Assembly: GCA_032718475.1 (NCBI GenBank)
Contig: JAUCBJ010001793.1
Span: 1-64,000, forward strand
Direction: 5' to 3'
DNA from: Nemertoderma westbladi
Lineage: Eukaryota; Animalia; Xenacoelomorpha
Length of the DNA: 64,000 bases
The notes under the pieces were generated by a model. The model saw only the letters and a program-made list of their open reading frames with translations. It did no database searches and had not been told where the DNA came from. Position 1 is the stretch's first letter; every line of letters begins with the position of its first letter. This document shows, piece by piece, positions 27,200 to 40,089 of the stretch. The position numbers were made by a program, and so were the translations under genes.

Positions 27200-29958
27200 T
27201 GATATCGTAAATAGATCGTGCACTAGTTAGTCATGGTGCTATTGATAGTGACTTGGAGTTTGGCCAAATTTCCACCCCTCTCCCTTCTGAGCACCGCGCA
27301 ATTTTTATCAAACTAGCTGCCAGTGCAGTGCCAACACCACTGTCTTTACACAAGCGCTCAGTGGATTTGGGTAGCTATGTTCATCTAACACAACGTGACG
27401 TAGCGACTTTGTGTGCTAAGCCTATTAAATTATCCCGTATTAAAGCTGCGTTATTTGTAAGTAGTCTTCGTCAAAGTACTTTCAGTTCTGCCGGTATGTA
27501 CCCAGTAAACTTAGATATAGTGCATCGTTTTACCGATATCCTATACTCAGTTGCTTCGTCATCACACCATAAAAGGAACTTTGACCCTAACCCTAATATT
27601 TGCCCCGCAAATGTACCTGACCATCATCAGTTGTGGAATGACCTAATCAGTACTAACGATACCAGTCTCTTATGACGGCGGATAAACTGGAAGGGTGGTT
27701 TTGATAATAATTCTCCATCCAGTAATATTGCTTCTCCTAGCGAGTCCCAGTTCGCCCACCATTTTCAATCTTCCTCAGTGACCCTTTAGATGCCGATGTG
27801 TACGTTGGTCCACGTCCTGGTCCCAACCTCAGACTCCCCGTATATTCCATTACTTGACTCCCCGATAACGATTGAGGAGGTTCACAAGGGTGAAGGGTAT
27901 CAGTAATTTGAAAGGAAACAAAGCTCCTGGCCCAGACGGTATCTCTCCAGGTATTCTAAAATTGCTTCCTATTGAGTGGTTGGTTTATCTAGTTTCGTTA
28001 TTTAATTTTTTTCGGGAGTATTCTTTCCACCAGCATGGGGCTGCAGCAAACTTGTGTCTGTTTTTAAGGGTGGTTCTCGTACTTTGTGTTCTCACTACCG
28101 CGGCATTTCTATTATCAACGCCCTTGCCAAACTCTATGATTCCAACGTTTGTCAAGGTGGATATCCCCCGACATTGAACAGGCGGGGGCCCAACCCGGTA
28201 GAAACTGCGAGGAACACATCCTCACCTTGAGATTATTAATAGATTATGCCCTTAGTAATAAACGCAAACTGTGCATTATTTTCATTGATTTCGCTACTGC
28301 CTACGATTCTGTATCTAGGTATTAAGTTATTTGCTCTACTTTGGGTTGTGGAGGTGTAGTGCTTCGCGCATTGCAATCTTTGTATAGTTGCACCAAAAGT
28401 TTCTTAGGCTCATCCATCATTACTTCTCTTAAGGGCTTCTTATGGACGACTCAGCAATCTTAGCGACATCTCGGAGCTCCGCCATCGCAAAATTTTCGAT
28501 TCTTCTACAATATTGTCAAGATTTTAACATGAAAATGTTTTCATGTCATGAAAATTTTAACATTAAGAAGACTAAGTTCCTCGTCATAAATGGCAACCCA
28601 GCGGACGCAAACCCAGCATTCTACGTTTATCTGGGGTCTCCAATCAGTCAGGTTGGCGGCTGTAACAAGGCTGTCCGTCCGCATATCCATGCCAACGACA
28701 AAATCAAACAAGTTGCAAAGTTCCACGCATTCCTAAGTAAACATTCTGATTGCCCACTTTGGTTGAAACTAAAAGTTTTTAATGCCGGGATACTATCTTC
28801 CATTCTATTTGGTTGCGAGTCATGGCTCGGTTCCAATTTATACCCAGTCAGTAACCATTATTACTCTATGTTGAAATCCACCGTTGGCGTCCGCCAGCAG
28901 ACCTGCCATGATTTAATACACCTGGAGACCGGCCTTCCATCCCCCGAGGCATTAGTTCGCTCGCGGCAACGTAAATTCATTCTATAGATTTTATCCAACC
29001 CCGAACTCCCCGCTAATTTTCGCTATTGATTTGGTACGTCGCAGTGCCACACCAATGGGTAAGGTTATTGACAGGCTTCTAGATGGGCATGGCTGCTAGC
29101 CATGCCCAATGGAAATTTTGGAGCTGATGAGCGATCTGGCTTGATGATATCCGTAAACCTTGACCCCAGTACACGCCGTTCATTCTATTCCTCGATTAAC
29201 CCAACTTTCGCAATATCATCGGTATACACTCAGCATACTGTTGTTCCCGAACATCACCGTCTAGCGTGGACCCAGTTTCGGCTTATGTCGACTCACCTTG
29301 CGGTTGAAACCGGCAGGTGGTCCCGTATCCCACCTGAGCGTCGTTTCTGTACATACATGCTGTGCAGTACAAACCGAATCACATGTCCTCCTCCTCGTGC
29401 GTGATTCCAGTAAAGACTTGAATTTCACTTCTGTTGATATTTTCTTCAATGAAACAACTTTTGCGTCAGCCGCCTCATTTATATTTTCCGATCTCAAATG
29501 CCTTGAATCAGTTTAATTTCCCCATTTCCTTTACTACAGTACGGTACGCCAAAATCTCTACTGTGCCTTTGTTTCAGTACTTGTACCATGTGTTATTTGT
29601 GTTTTTGGTGTAATAACCATATAAATGTACTCAGCTTTTCGTATTCTTTTGTTTTCGGCCTTTTCTGTTTATGCCTAATATTTTTGTATTTCTACCTGTA
29701 AACTGCCGATTGGCAAAATATTACGTACATTAATTTACTTTCAGTTTCCAGTTATTATTATTGTTGCTTTCAAGCTAGGGTATATTTTCCCGTATTGTAT
29801 ATTAGATTATGTTTATCGTCCTGATGATGTTTGAGTTATAGATTTTTTTTGATATAGCTATTTCTTCCTGTTTTTGTATGTTTCGTGCTTTATTGGTATA
29901 TTTGTGTTTGGTATTATCTTTCTTTTGGACTCCGGTCAATAAAATATCTATCTATCTA
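27200..29958 (+). mobile_element. Decayed LINE (RT plus C-terminal LAVETGRW..IP.ERR.C region)
   Basis: KAPGPDGISP, FIDFATAYD and MDD motifs with frameshifts; AATAAA plus (TATC)n tail at about 29938-29958. Confidence 0.8.
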
Positions 29959-30021
29959 TGTCTGTTTGTGTGCGTTTGTATTAAAATTAAGTTTAGGCAA
30001 ATTTACAAACTAATCAGAAAC

Positions 30022-32213
30022 TTAAAGGGGGGGGGGGGGGGGGGTAGCACCCCCAAATTGAACCTCACATCTTTGTGACTCTTGACCATAATATTGGGTG
30101 AAAATTATTTTTTGTTCTACTAAACATCGTCTAAATTGGTGGAAATTGTTGTAAAACCTCCTAAATTGTTGTAAAAGCTCCTAAATTGTTGTAAGAGCTC
30201 CTAAATTGTTGTAAAAGCTCCTAAATTGTTGTAAAAGCTCCTAAATTGTTGTAAAAGCTCCTAAATTGTTGTAAAAGCTCCTAAATTGTTGTAAAAGCTC
30301 CTAAATTGTTGTAAAAGCTCCTAAATTGTTGTAAAAGCTCCTAAATTGTTGTAAAAGCTCCTAAATTGTTGTAAAAGCTCCTAAATTGTTGTAAAAGCTC
30401 CTAAATTGTTGTAAAAGCTCCTAAATTGTTGTAAAAGCTCCTAAATTGTTGTAAAAGCTCCTAAATTGTTGTAAAAGCTCCTAAATTGTTGTAAAAGCTC
30501 CTAAATTGTTGTAAAAGCTCCTAAATTGTTGTAAAAGCTCCTAAATTGTTGTAAAAGCTCCTAAATTGTTGTAAAAGCTCCTAAATTGTTGTAAAAGCTC
30601 CTAAATTGTTGTAAAAGCTCCTAAATTGTTGTAAAAGCTCCTAAATTGTTGTAAAAGCTCCTAAATTGTTGTAAAAGCTCCTAAATTGTTGTAAAAGCTC
30701 CTAAATTGTTGTAAAAGCTCCTAAATTGTTGTAAAAGCTCCTAAATTGTTGTAAAAGCTCCTAAATTGTTGTAAAAGCTCCTAAATTGTTGTAAAAGCTC
30801 CTAAATTGTTGTAAAAGCTCCTAAATTGTTGTAAAAGCTCCTAAATTGTTGTAAAAGCTCCTAAATTGTTGTAAAAGCTCCTAAATTGTTGTAAAAGCTC
30901 CTAAATTGTTGTAAAAGCTCCTAAATTGTTGTAAAAGCTCCTAAATTGTTGTAAAAGCTCCTAAATTGTTGTAAAAGCTCCTAAATTGTTGTAAAAGCTC
31001 CTAAATTGTTGTAAAAGCTCCTAAATTGTTGTAAAAGCTCCTAAATTGTTGTAAAAGCTCCTAAATTGTTGTAAGAGCTCCTAAATTGTTGTAAAAGCTC
31101 CTAAATTGTTGTAAGAGCTCCTAAATTGTTGTAAAAGCTCCTAAATTGTTGTAAAAGCTTCTAAATTGTTGTAAAAGCTACTAAATTGTTGTAGTCCTAT
31201 TCTGTTGTTATTTTCTTTTTAATGATACAATAGTGAACATAACGTTTGTCAAAATATGTTGTTTTATCGTTATTCCAAATTTATTGTTGTTTTATCGTTG
31301 CTATAGTCTGTCCAATTTTGTTATTTTTAGGTTCAAAGTTAGTCCAAATTTGTTGTTGTTTTATTGGCTCTATAGTTTGCCCAAATTAGTTTAATTAAAT
31401 ATATATAAATAATACGAGAATAAATGTCACTGTATAAATAAAAAAAACATTGTCTTGACTGTGTGAGAATAACCAAACCAAATATTTTTAAAATTGGCCC
31501 AAAATGGCTCCGTAATGACCATAAGGGCCCTTTTGCGCCAAGGGCTATTTCTCCACCAATATTTGTTGAAATTTGTCGAAATTTGGAATATAGGTTCAGA
31601 AGAATCCTGCATCAAATTCTTCTGAACAAATTTTGCCTCAAATCCTGTGGAGCCTTTTAGAACAAAAAGGACCCAAAAAAGGGCCCTTTTGGGCCTTTTT
31701 GATATCAAAAGGCTCCAGGGCATTTCCAACCAAATTTGTTCAAAAGAAGTATGAAGAAGGGTAATCTTAACAAGTGTACCAAATTTCAACTCCTTTCATT
31801 TAAAATTGGCGGAGAAATAGCCTTTTTCATGAAAAAAACGTCATTCTGAGATATGGGTGTTCAAAGTTTAAGGAACAATTCAAACCTTCCCGCTATTTTA
31901 GATAATACCATTTTTCTATGTTCAACAATAACTTTGTCAAAAAGAAATGAAATTCAACGAAATTTTTCATGTTTGCTAAACATATAACTAATAAAACAAC
32001 TTTTTAGCAATTGTATTCATATCTGTACCGTGAGAGCCTTTTTTATGAAAATGGTCACGTACAATTGTAAAATATCGTGCTGAGTTGAGTTTGAGAAAAG
32101 ATATGAGAAAACTGCTTGCAGATTTGAAATCTCCATTAAATTCGGCACATGATAGAATAAAATAAATTTTTGTCAATTTTAAAAATAGGGGGTGCTACTC
32201 CCCCCCTCCTTAA
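30022..32213. mobile_element. Non-autonomous TIR element with TTAA TSD (Kolobok-like)
   Basis: TTAA-aggg(G)n-tagcaccccc at the left and gggggtgctac-tccccccctcc-TTAA at the right. Purine termini with a TTAA TSD fit Kolobok rather than piggyBac (CCY termini). Confidence 0.65.
30143..31193. repeat. 20-bp minisatellite (CTAAATTGTTGTAAAAGCTC) about 52 copies
   Basis: Almost invariant tandem copies without spacers. Confidence 0.98.
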
Positions 32214-32569
32214 TTAATAAAAAATACACAGGCTAACTGCGGATCGTGCATTATAACCAGTTACGGCGTTTTAATTTAATTTTCATAATTTAGTAGGAAG
32301 CATGGGTAACAAAAGAGGCGACAAAATTTGATGACGGTTGTGTTTCAAAAATGAGACTTTATATTATAATTTATAAAGGTATATAACATTGTGTATATAA
32401 ACATATATACCTAGACTGGGGTAGGTTTCGGAGTCCTCTCACTGAATTAAATTTAAACAATAAATGAAATTTGCAAAAATATTTTCAAAAACATTTGCTA
32501 AAATATATGAGCGTCTCACCTATATACAAATAATCACACACATAACTAAAAATAAATTACTCCCTATTA

Positions 32570-33400
32570 TAGCAAACAGTTTGGTTTTCGGAAATCGAAG
32601 GATGCGATTATCATACAGAACTGAGAATTGAGAAAAAAAATGTGAAAAAAACTGAGAAAATGAGAATTGGCGATCAAAATTTGGCAAAGGAAATTACGTG
32701 GCTGTGGCTTTAACACTAGATCTGAGTAAGGCTTTCGATTCGTTGAACCAACATGTTATTCTACTAAAATTAAAAGAAATTGGTCTCCATTCGACTTAAA
32801 TCTCCTTTGAAAGACTACCTTTGCCAACGAAAACAAAGGGTTAAAAGCTCAACGGTAACTTCCCCAGTTGGGAACAGACGGAACGAGTAATTCCACAAGG
32901 AACACTTTTGGGGCCTCTTATGTTTGTTTCTCATTTACGGCAACGAAATTGCTGAATCTGATAACCTTAACATCATTCAACAGGCTGACGATACTCTCAT
33001 CTTTGCATCAGGACAGGATTCGATCGCAGCTACTCAAAATCTATCAAATCGTTTATTAAAAATAGAAAGTAACTTTTCAAGTTTAAAAATGCAACTAAAT
33101 CTCGTTAAAAAACTAAATTAATTTTAATAACTCCACATACTAGAACAAATGAGATAGAAAAAATTAACCTGCACTCTGCACATTATAAAAAATATGAAAA
33201 GCAACCGTTAAACAGAACTCACAATTTAAATATCTAGGAATAATAATTGATAATAAAATTACTTGGAAACCTCAAATAAAATTGATTGTTGAAAAAATGA
33301 CCCATGCAGTATCATCTTTAAGACGTTTAAAGGGTCAATTACCCACTAACACGAAACTAATAGTGTATAAGGTAACTGTCCTACCGCTACATAACTACTG
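32570..33400 (+). mobile_element. Highly decayed LINE RT remnant
   Basis: LDLSKAFD, IPQG, ADDTLIF and FKYLGIIID remnants with frameshifts. Confidence 0.7.
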
Positions 33401-35019
33401 GCTGTGAAATTATTACACCACTACATCTGACACACGGACGGGTACAGAGAATTACTTTACGGGCTAGATAAAATTAAAAACTACTGTTTACTGAAAAAAA
33501 AAACCAGAGATGTCACCGGACAGAATTACGCACTAAGGCAAAATTACACCACTTACAAGCACTTAAGCACTTAATATTTCTTTAAATATTATTTTGATTT
33601 GTCAGCACCATTTAAAAATCTAAGTATTGCATTCCTTAAAAATTTTAAAACGAAAAATGATAACATAAATAAATAAAATAACATTTTGTATTAAAGTACT
33701 AAAAACAAAATTAAAATTTGGATACAACAACGTGATGGTTAGTTGTACCTAAATTTAAGTATTCGGGAAACAAAGTCATTGCAAATTAACAAATAAATTA
33801 CAGAAGGAATTTTACAAAATGTATATTATATTACATAAATAAATTACATAAATTATACACATTAATATGAAAATATACATACATGTACATATATATATGT
33901 ACATATACATGTAAATTAAAACAGATATAAGCCGGAGACTGCTGACTAACGAGATTGGTCGAAGTTTGTGCTTTAGGTACTGTATGTCCATATTGTATAT
34001 ATGGTAAATTATATTAGTTGAGTACTAAACCTACTGTATGTTAATTTTAAAGTAAAAATTAAATCGTAGTTCGTGAAGCTTTATTCGCGTAATAATTAAT
34101 TATATTGTATAATTTTATAAATATATTAAAGACTTTAAATTATTTTATTGTTTTGGTTAGAATAAAGTGATTGAGACGAAAGGGATGTTGCGGATGACAT
34201 AATTTTTGATTAAAATATATGTAAATTTTCTATTAAGATACATATTTAGCCTGGCAGCCCTTCTATGTAAAGGTTACACCAGCACATGACCTACTATAGG
34301 TATAGTCAGATAGGGGGGGGGGGGGGGGGGGGGGGGGGGAAACTGAACGCAATAAAAATTCATCCTTCACCAGGGGAAATTCGACGCAAATAACAGTTGA
34401 TTACTCTCAAAAATAAAACTGTAACCTGTTCTATTGTGTTTAGTTTATTGTTTTGGTTAAAATAACGTGCCACTGTAACCTGCTCTTTTCCCTAAATATT
34501 AATTCGCCAAGCGCGGGTTTTGCGTCCAATCCCCCCCCCCCCCCCCCTGTCTCGGTATAGTATAGCTCAGGGTGCTGCGCTACCGGTTAATGAGAGGACC
34601 CATTGACATCGACCTAATTCTTCGAGGACCTAATGACCTGCACTTTACGCTACAGAACCTAATAATGCCAGGCGCCAAGGATATATTATTGCTACCTGTG
34701 CTTAAATGCTTAATGCACCTTGATCTAATGCACTTATATACTTCTGGCCAAGTTGTTTTCTAGTTAAGAAATAATTTTTAAAAATAATTAACATGGAATA
34801 TCTAATCATACTGTCTACATATCCAATTATAACCACTCAATTAAAATTTTAGTAATAATTATTATTTTTTATCTTAAATTTCTTTTGCTTTTATCTTAAA
34901 TTATCAAAATATAAAGTAATAAAATTATTTCTTTAGATAAAAACTTGGCCAGAAGTAATGAAAAAGCATTTAAGCACTGTTGGCAATAATAGAACCTTGA
35001 CATTAGGTCCTGTAGTGTA

Positions 35020-36987
35020 CTACTACTAGGTCGAGCGAACTCGGACAGAGGAAATGAGATCCTTCCAGGCTTCCCGATTCTCCATAGTTGTCGCAATTTC
35101 GTTTCTCCCAAGTTCAGTATCCCTTTCAAGTTGATCTATATATGTTATGGCAGGTCGTCCACGACTACGCTTTCCATGAGTTGGTTGCCAGAAAAGTAGA
35201 TCTGGTATGACCTCGTCTTTACTTCGCCAGCAGTGCCCACTGAATCTTAATCTGCGTTCACGGAGGGGGGTTGATACAGGTGGTATTGTACCATAAAGCT
35301 CGGCGTTTGTCATGTGTTGTCTCCAGCTGATGTTTAGGGCTGCCCTTAGTAGTCTTGTGTAGCAACCATCAATTCGTTGTTCAAGTGATTTAGTCAGTGT
35401 CCAGGTCTCACCCCCGTATAAAAATACACTTTCCACTGTGGCTCGAAAGAACTTGGTCTTCAGGTGCCTGGAGAGATCTGATTTCCAGATGGTATCCATT
35501 TTTGATAGAGCTACCCAAGCCTTTGCTTTCCTAACTTCTATGTCCTTTTTGCTACTCTCTATCCACGATCCAAGGTACTGGAAGTCATCTACCTTCCTTA
35601 GTTGATTATTATCAATGGTTGTCAAGTTTCCATCAACATTAAAGGTCATGAATTCGGTCTTGGTAGCATTTATATGCAATCCAACCTCCTTAGCAGCCCT
35701 CTCCACTTTATTTAGTAGAAGCTGTGCATCTGCTAGCGTATTAGAGAGCAGGGCGATGTCATCCGCAAAGTCGGTGTCTGTGACTGTAGTTGCCGGATAT
35801 CTACTACTTCTGCGTTCTTGAAGTGTGAATCCCAGATCTTCACCCTTTGTGGCCGTCCTCATTGCGTAATCCAGCACAATTACAAATAGTAATGGTGCTA
35901 ATGTGTCACCTTGCAGTACGCCAGCCAGGATTGAGAAAAACTCAGTTTCACCATCTGGTGAGAGTACCTGCGCTTCTGTGTCACAATATAACAATCCAAT
36001 GCCAGCAACAATTACTTCTGGTATTCCATAAGCTCTTAGGATTTCAAGCATTTTACCTCTATGGATGGAGTCGAATGCCTTCTTGAAGTCCACAAAAGTC
36101 ATGACTGCGGGGAGATTCTTTGACTTAATTCCTTCAATCAGTCTCCGTAGTGCAAGTATCTGAGCTATTGTTGATCTACTTGGTCGAAATCCGTTTTGGC
36201 TCTTACGCAGTAGTTTCTCTATGTGAGGCCTAATCCTATATAGAATCATTTTATTGTATATTTTGGCAGCTACCACAAGCAGACAGATCCCACGATAGTT
36301 TGTTGGTATGCCGAGGTCTCCTTTCTTTGGGAGGGGCTTTAGTTGACCTTTAGTCCAAATTGGTGGTGGCTTTTCCCCTTTTAACATCCGGTTGCAAACA
36401 TTCAATAATGGTCTATTTAGCACTCCGGTTTTCCATACCTCCGCTGGGATTTCATCTAATCCACTCGCTTTATTATTGGACATGCTTTTAATGCTTCTTT
36501 GGAGTTCGGCAGGTGTGAAGTCCCCTGTTTCTATAGGTAGTGTCTTGTCATATATTTTCCTTGTAGGGCTGACCTCGATGTTTGGTGGCTGCCCAAGCAA
36601 GTTGCTGAAGTGATTTTTCCACTTCCCAACACGTTCTTCAGGACTATCGGCTTTGAGGCGCCCCTTTGCACAACTTTTCCGACCAGATACCTCATTTACA
36701 GTTTGCCAGGTAAGTCTTGATTGTTGCTGTATGTGAGCAGTTGTAATTGCTTCAGTTTTATCCTGTATGTACTTTTCCTGGCTGATGTTGTAGGCCAATT
36801 TAAGATCGTCCTTAGCTTTCTCAACCTTGTTAATGTTTTCGGTTGTTGGTTGTTCGGTTTTAACTTTGTAGGCTATCTTAAGATCTTCTCTCTTACAAGT
36901 AACCTCAGAGTTTTGCCATGGCACATACTGTTTTCGTTTAGGTTTCTGGGGGATATGCCTCTTAGCTGATTCCTTGTGGGCTGTTAT
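35020..36987 (-). mobile_element. Young 5'-truncated RTE-clade LINE with 12-bp TSD
   Basis: TSD TCCTGTAGTGTA at 35008-35019 and 36988-36999; (TAG)n tail directly at the stop codon; open RT frame. Confidence 0.93.
35026..36924 (-). CDS. RTE-type reverse transcriptase ORF (N-terminally truncated, no endonuclease)
   Basis: KASGLDEIPAE, NYRGI, FVDFKKAFD, GVLQGD, FADD, FQYLGS, RLRFSGHCWR and RSRGRP motifs. Confidence 0.9.
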   Translation of the reverse strand: MPWQNSEVTCKREDLKIAYKVKTEQPTTENINKVEKAKDDLKLAYNISQEKYIQDKTEAITTAHIQQQSRLTWQTVNEVSGRKSCAKGRLKADSPEERVGKWKNHFSNLLGQPPNIEVSPTRKIYDKTLPIETGDFTPAELQRSIKSMSNNKASGLDEIPAEVWKTGVLNRPLLNVCNRMLKGEKPPPIWTKGQLKPLPKKGDLGIPTNYRGICLLVVAAKIYNKMILYRIRPHIEKLLRKSQNGFRPSRSTIAQILALRRLIEGIKSKNLPAVMTFVDFKKAFDSIHRGKMLEILRAYGIPEVIVAGIGLLYCDTEAQVLSPDGETEFFSILAGVLQGDTLAPLLFVIVLDYAMRTATKGEDLGFTLQERRSSRYPATTVTDTDFADDIALLSNTLADAQLLLNKVERAAKEVGLHINATKTEFMTFNVDGNLTTIDNNQLRKVDDFQYLGSWIESSKKDIEVRKAKAWVALSKMDTIWKSDLSRHLKTKFFRATVESVFLYGGETWTLTKSLEQRIDGCYTRLLRAALNISWRQHMTNAELYGTIPPVSTPLRERRLRFSGHCWRSKDEVIPDLLFWQPTHGKRSRGRPAITYIDQLERDTELGRNEIATTMENREAWKDLISSVRVRST

Positions 36988-38233
36988 TCCTGTAGTGTAG
37001 TCCTGTGTAGTTGATCATTAAGTCCTGGTCCTGGTAGCAGTTGCGTTAAATATTTCTTCATGTTAACCGGTAACACCCTGAGCTGTTACCTTGCTACTCT
37101 ACTCAGCTGCAGTCAAGGGAATTTTCGTCTGTCACACATGTAATGTTGAAAGTGGTAACTAGCCAGGTCGGTACCGGTGTCGCAACTGTACACTAAACGG
37201 TATTCACGAACACTCAATTTGAACAATATAAAAAACATTAGTTATTTTATTATTGTTGATAATGTCCTATTCTGTTTCATAACCTTAGATTATTTCATAC
37301 TTTGATAATTTAAGATAAAGGCAAAAAAAGTTAAGATAAAAAAAGTAGGCCCCAATTATAATTGAAATTTAAATTGAGTGGTTATTGATGGATATGCAGA
37401 CATGATGTTAAGTTAGATAGTGCATGTGACATCCGCACGTCACCTCCGCATGCCAAGGGTGCGGATGCCAAAAATCATGCGGATAGCCCGGATGCGTCGG
37501 ATATCGCCACATCCATACGAATCAATATGCCTTCAAGTCACAAAAAATAAGGAAAACATCATCAGTAATATAATTATTTTTGTTTTTATTTTTTTTATAT
37601 AAAGTAATTATCAACAGTCAGTTAATAAACAAATTAATGTGTCATCAAAAGTACACAACCTATGAGCCCAATGCTGTCATCATTCCGTTGATAATAAATA
37701 TTAATTAAAATTGCTTAATATTTTGATTAAAAAGTAACGTGCCACTCTAACCTGCTTGTTTCCCAAAAATGATAATTTAACATTGAGACGGGATGGGATT
37801 TGCCTTGCGTCACCCCCCCCCCCCCCCCCCCCACCTTCTTATCTCCTGCAGTCACACGAAACAATCACCTGGAACTAATAATACTAATTCGTTTCTTGTT
37901 TTGGTTAGATCGAGCCCTTCTGTAACTTGGGTTTTTAGTGAAAACTTGGTGTTCTTCAGATGGGGTAAACTGCCAAGTGAAATACAACAGCAGAAAGTAT
38001 GGTATACTTCACATGGTGGTAAACAGCAACAGTTCTGGTATACTTCAATCTGTTATAAAAATGTAGGTATACTTCTGGCACCACAGCACTAAATTTAAAT
38101 ATATCCAAACTAAAATAATAAATAGCGGTAAAAAAAACTTACATGTATTCCATATAACTCGAGGATTTCATTTACTGCACTAAATTTAAATATATCCAAA
38201 CTAAAAAAATAAATAGTGGTAAAAAAAACTTAC

Positions 38234-38386
38234 ATGTATTCCATATAACTCGAGGATTTCATTTATGTAATCGAATCGCTTGTTGACGCTTTCCTTAACT
38301 TTCTCTACGGAATCCTTCTTACTAAGGACAATGACATCCACGGTACAGGAGTCAGGGGTGAGCTGCACGTCTGCACACGCTTTAAC
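38234..38386 (-). CDS. IRAK1BP1/SIMPL-like gene, second coding exon (VKACADVQLTPDSCTVDVIVLSKKDSVEKVKESVNKRFDYINEILELYGIH)
   Basis: cag| acceptor, |gtaagt donor, 153 nt, phase 0-0, open frame. The peptide resembles the SIMPL-domain N-terminus of IRAK1BP1 as I recall it (V..PD...V.V.S.K......K.SV..R.DYI...L...G). Confidence 0.7.
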
Positions 38387-38809
38387 CTGTCGTTGATAAA
38401 ATATTTAATTGAAACAATAACAACACGTTAAAATCGCACGCGAATATAGGCCTACAGCTGTACAGGCCTATAACTGTATAAGACAGAATGCAGTAAGAGA
38501 AACTATACAAGGAGATAATTACAATTCAAATTATTCCATTTGCTCCTGTCACACTCTGACCACTAACACTGCCTGACCGGTACAACCCTACAGCAGTCTT
38601 GCAGTATAACCTAATTCAGCAAATGCTGAAATGTGCTGTCAGGCAGTGTAGGGCCTAGTGTCAGAGTGTATAGTGTCAGTGAGTGTGTAAACTTGCTCGA
38701 ATATTTTCGAATATTATTTTTTAAGATTCCTGGATTCGCGCTCGCTCGGCAGCTTGGAGCACGGTCCTCAGGCTCAGCCCCTTTGTAAGAAATCAACAAA
38801 CAAACAAAC

Positions 38810-38878
38810 CTGTATTTCTTCTCGCCTTTTTGAAACTCCTACCGGTACCGGTACTTTATGTTCCGCCAGTTTCTCCAT
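38810..38878 (-). CDS. IRAK1BP1/SIMPL-like gene, probable first coding exon (MEKLAEHKVPVPVGVSKRREEIQ)
   Basis: Acceptor cag| at 38883-38881, ATG at 38878, CAG|gtttgt donor; in frame with the exon at 38234-38386. Confidence 0.55.
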
Positions 38879-40089
38879 TTCTGTTATTAAGTGAATTATC
38901 AGATTATACTGTTATAGGCCTACTCGAGCCAAGCCAAGGCCTACTACAGTACTCTGGCACTGCTGTGCTGCCTGATAATTAAAAAAACTGAAAAATGATA
39001 CCGTGTACCGTGTATCACATGGCCTAGGTATCGGTTTGCCCGTACATTGGCTGTCTGGTACCGTACTGTTTTTCAGGAGCCCTTAATATTACTAGAATCA
39101 CTATTTCCTGATTGGTTTTAAACCGGGTACCTAGCAACGCCATCAGCTGGTTTCAAAATGCCATATTAATTGCCGGTAGCAGGGGCATGGCCTAGGCAGG
39201 GGCCCTTAAAAATACTGGAGGACTATAAACACTATTTCATGATTGAATTTAAGGGAGTTACAGAGTTATCAGGATGCAGTAAACTCTACAGTATTCAAAC
39301 ACTGGTCAGCCGGTACATTACATTAAGTTTGTATAACCTCAGATTGGAATTTACTTTCACTTTATTAATACAGAACCTACATACAGCCCTACAGCAACCC
39401 TTTCCTCTTGGTTCGCTTTCATTGTACTAAAACGATGCATAATCGTCTGTACTTGTATACAGTTGTATAAATATTGTATTGTGAATTGGAAATTAAAGTG
39501 ACCTTCGTCTGCAACTCTACAATGTATGTAATGTTCTTGAATCAAAAACTTAAATACTACCGGTAGCGGTAAAATTGTTAACGCCCCCTAGCGGCCGATG
39601 CTGATGTTGTGGGTCTCTGCCCGTTTGTCCCATGTTAAATGTCTACCAAATACAGTAGTTAATAATTAATTGAGAACCATCCATGGGTCACTCAAATTCT
39701 ATGAAGTGGTTCAAAAATTATTAAGCCTAGATGAAGTGATATTTAGCGACTCTTTAGCGGCGGACCATGTAAATGTACGACGCCAAAATTCTGAAAACTT
39801 TCTAAACTTTTGACATACTACTTGTGTACCACGTTTGGTATACTTTCATCAAAGAATCGTTGAGTTTACTGTGCCGTATTAGCATTCATAGATTATACGG
39901 ACCGACCGACTAATCGACAGGCAGACCGAGAAATAGACGCGAGGTTGATATTGGTACCCGTACTGTATTCTAAGCTTGCTAACTTTCGTGGCTCGCCCCA
40001 CAGTGTTTGTCAATTTAACGGCTTCCTGTCAGTTCTGTCACTGGCCCTGTTGGTTCCGTATAGTGACTAGTTGTTTTAAAGCCATCCAA

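Noticed and set aside
30143-31193. CRISPR-like regular repeat
   Set aside because: No spacers and no cas genes; eukaryotic context.
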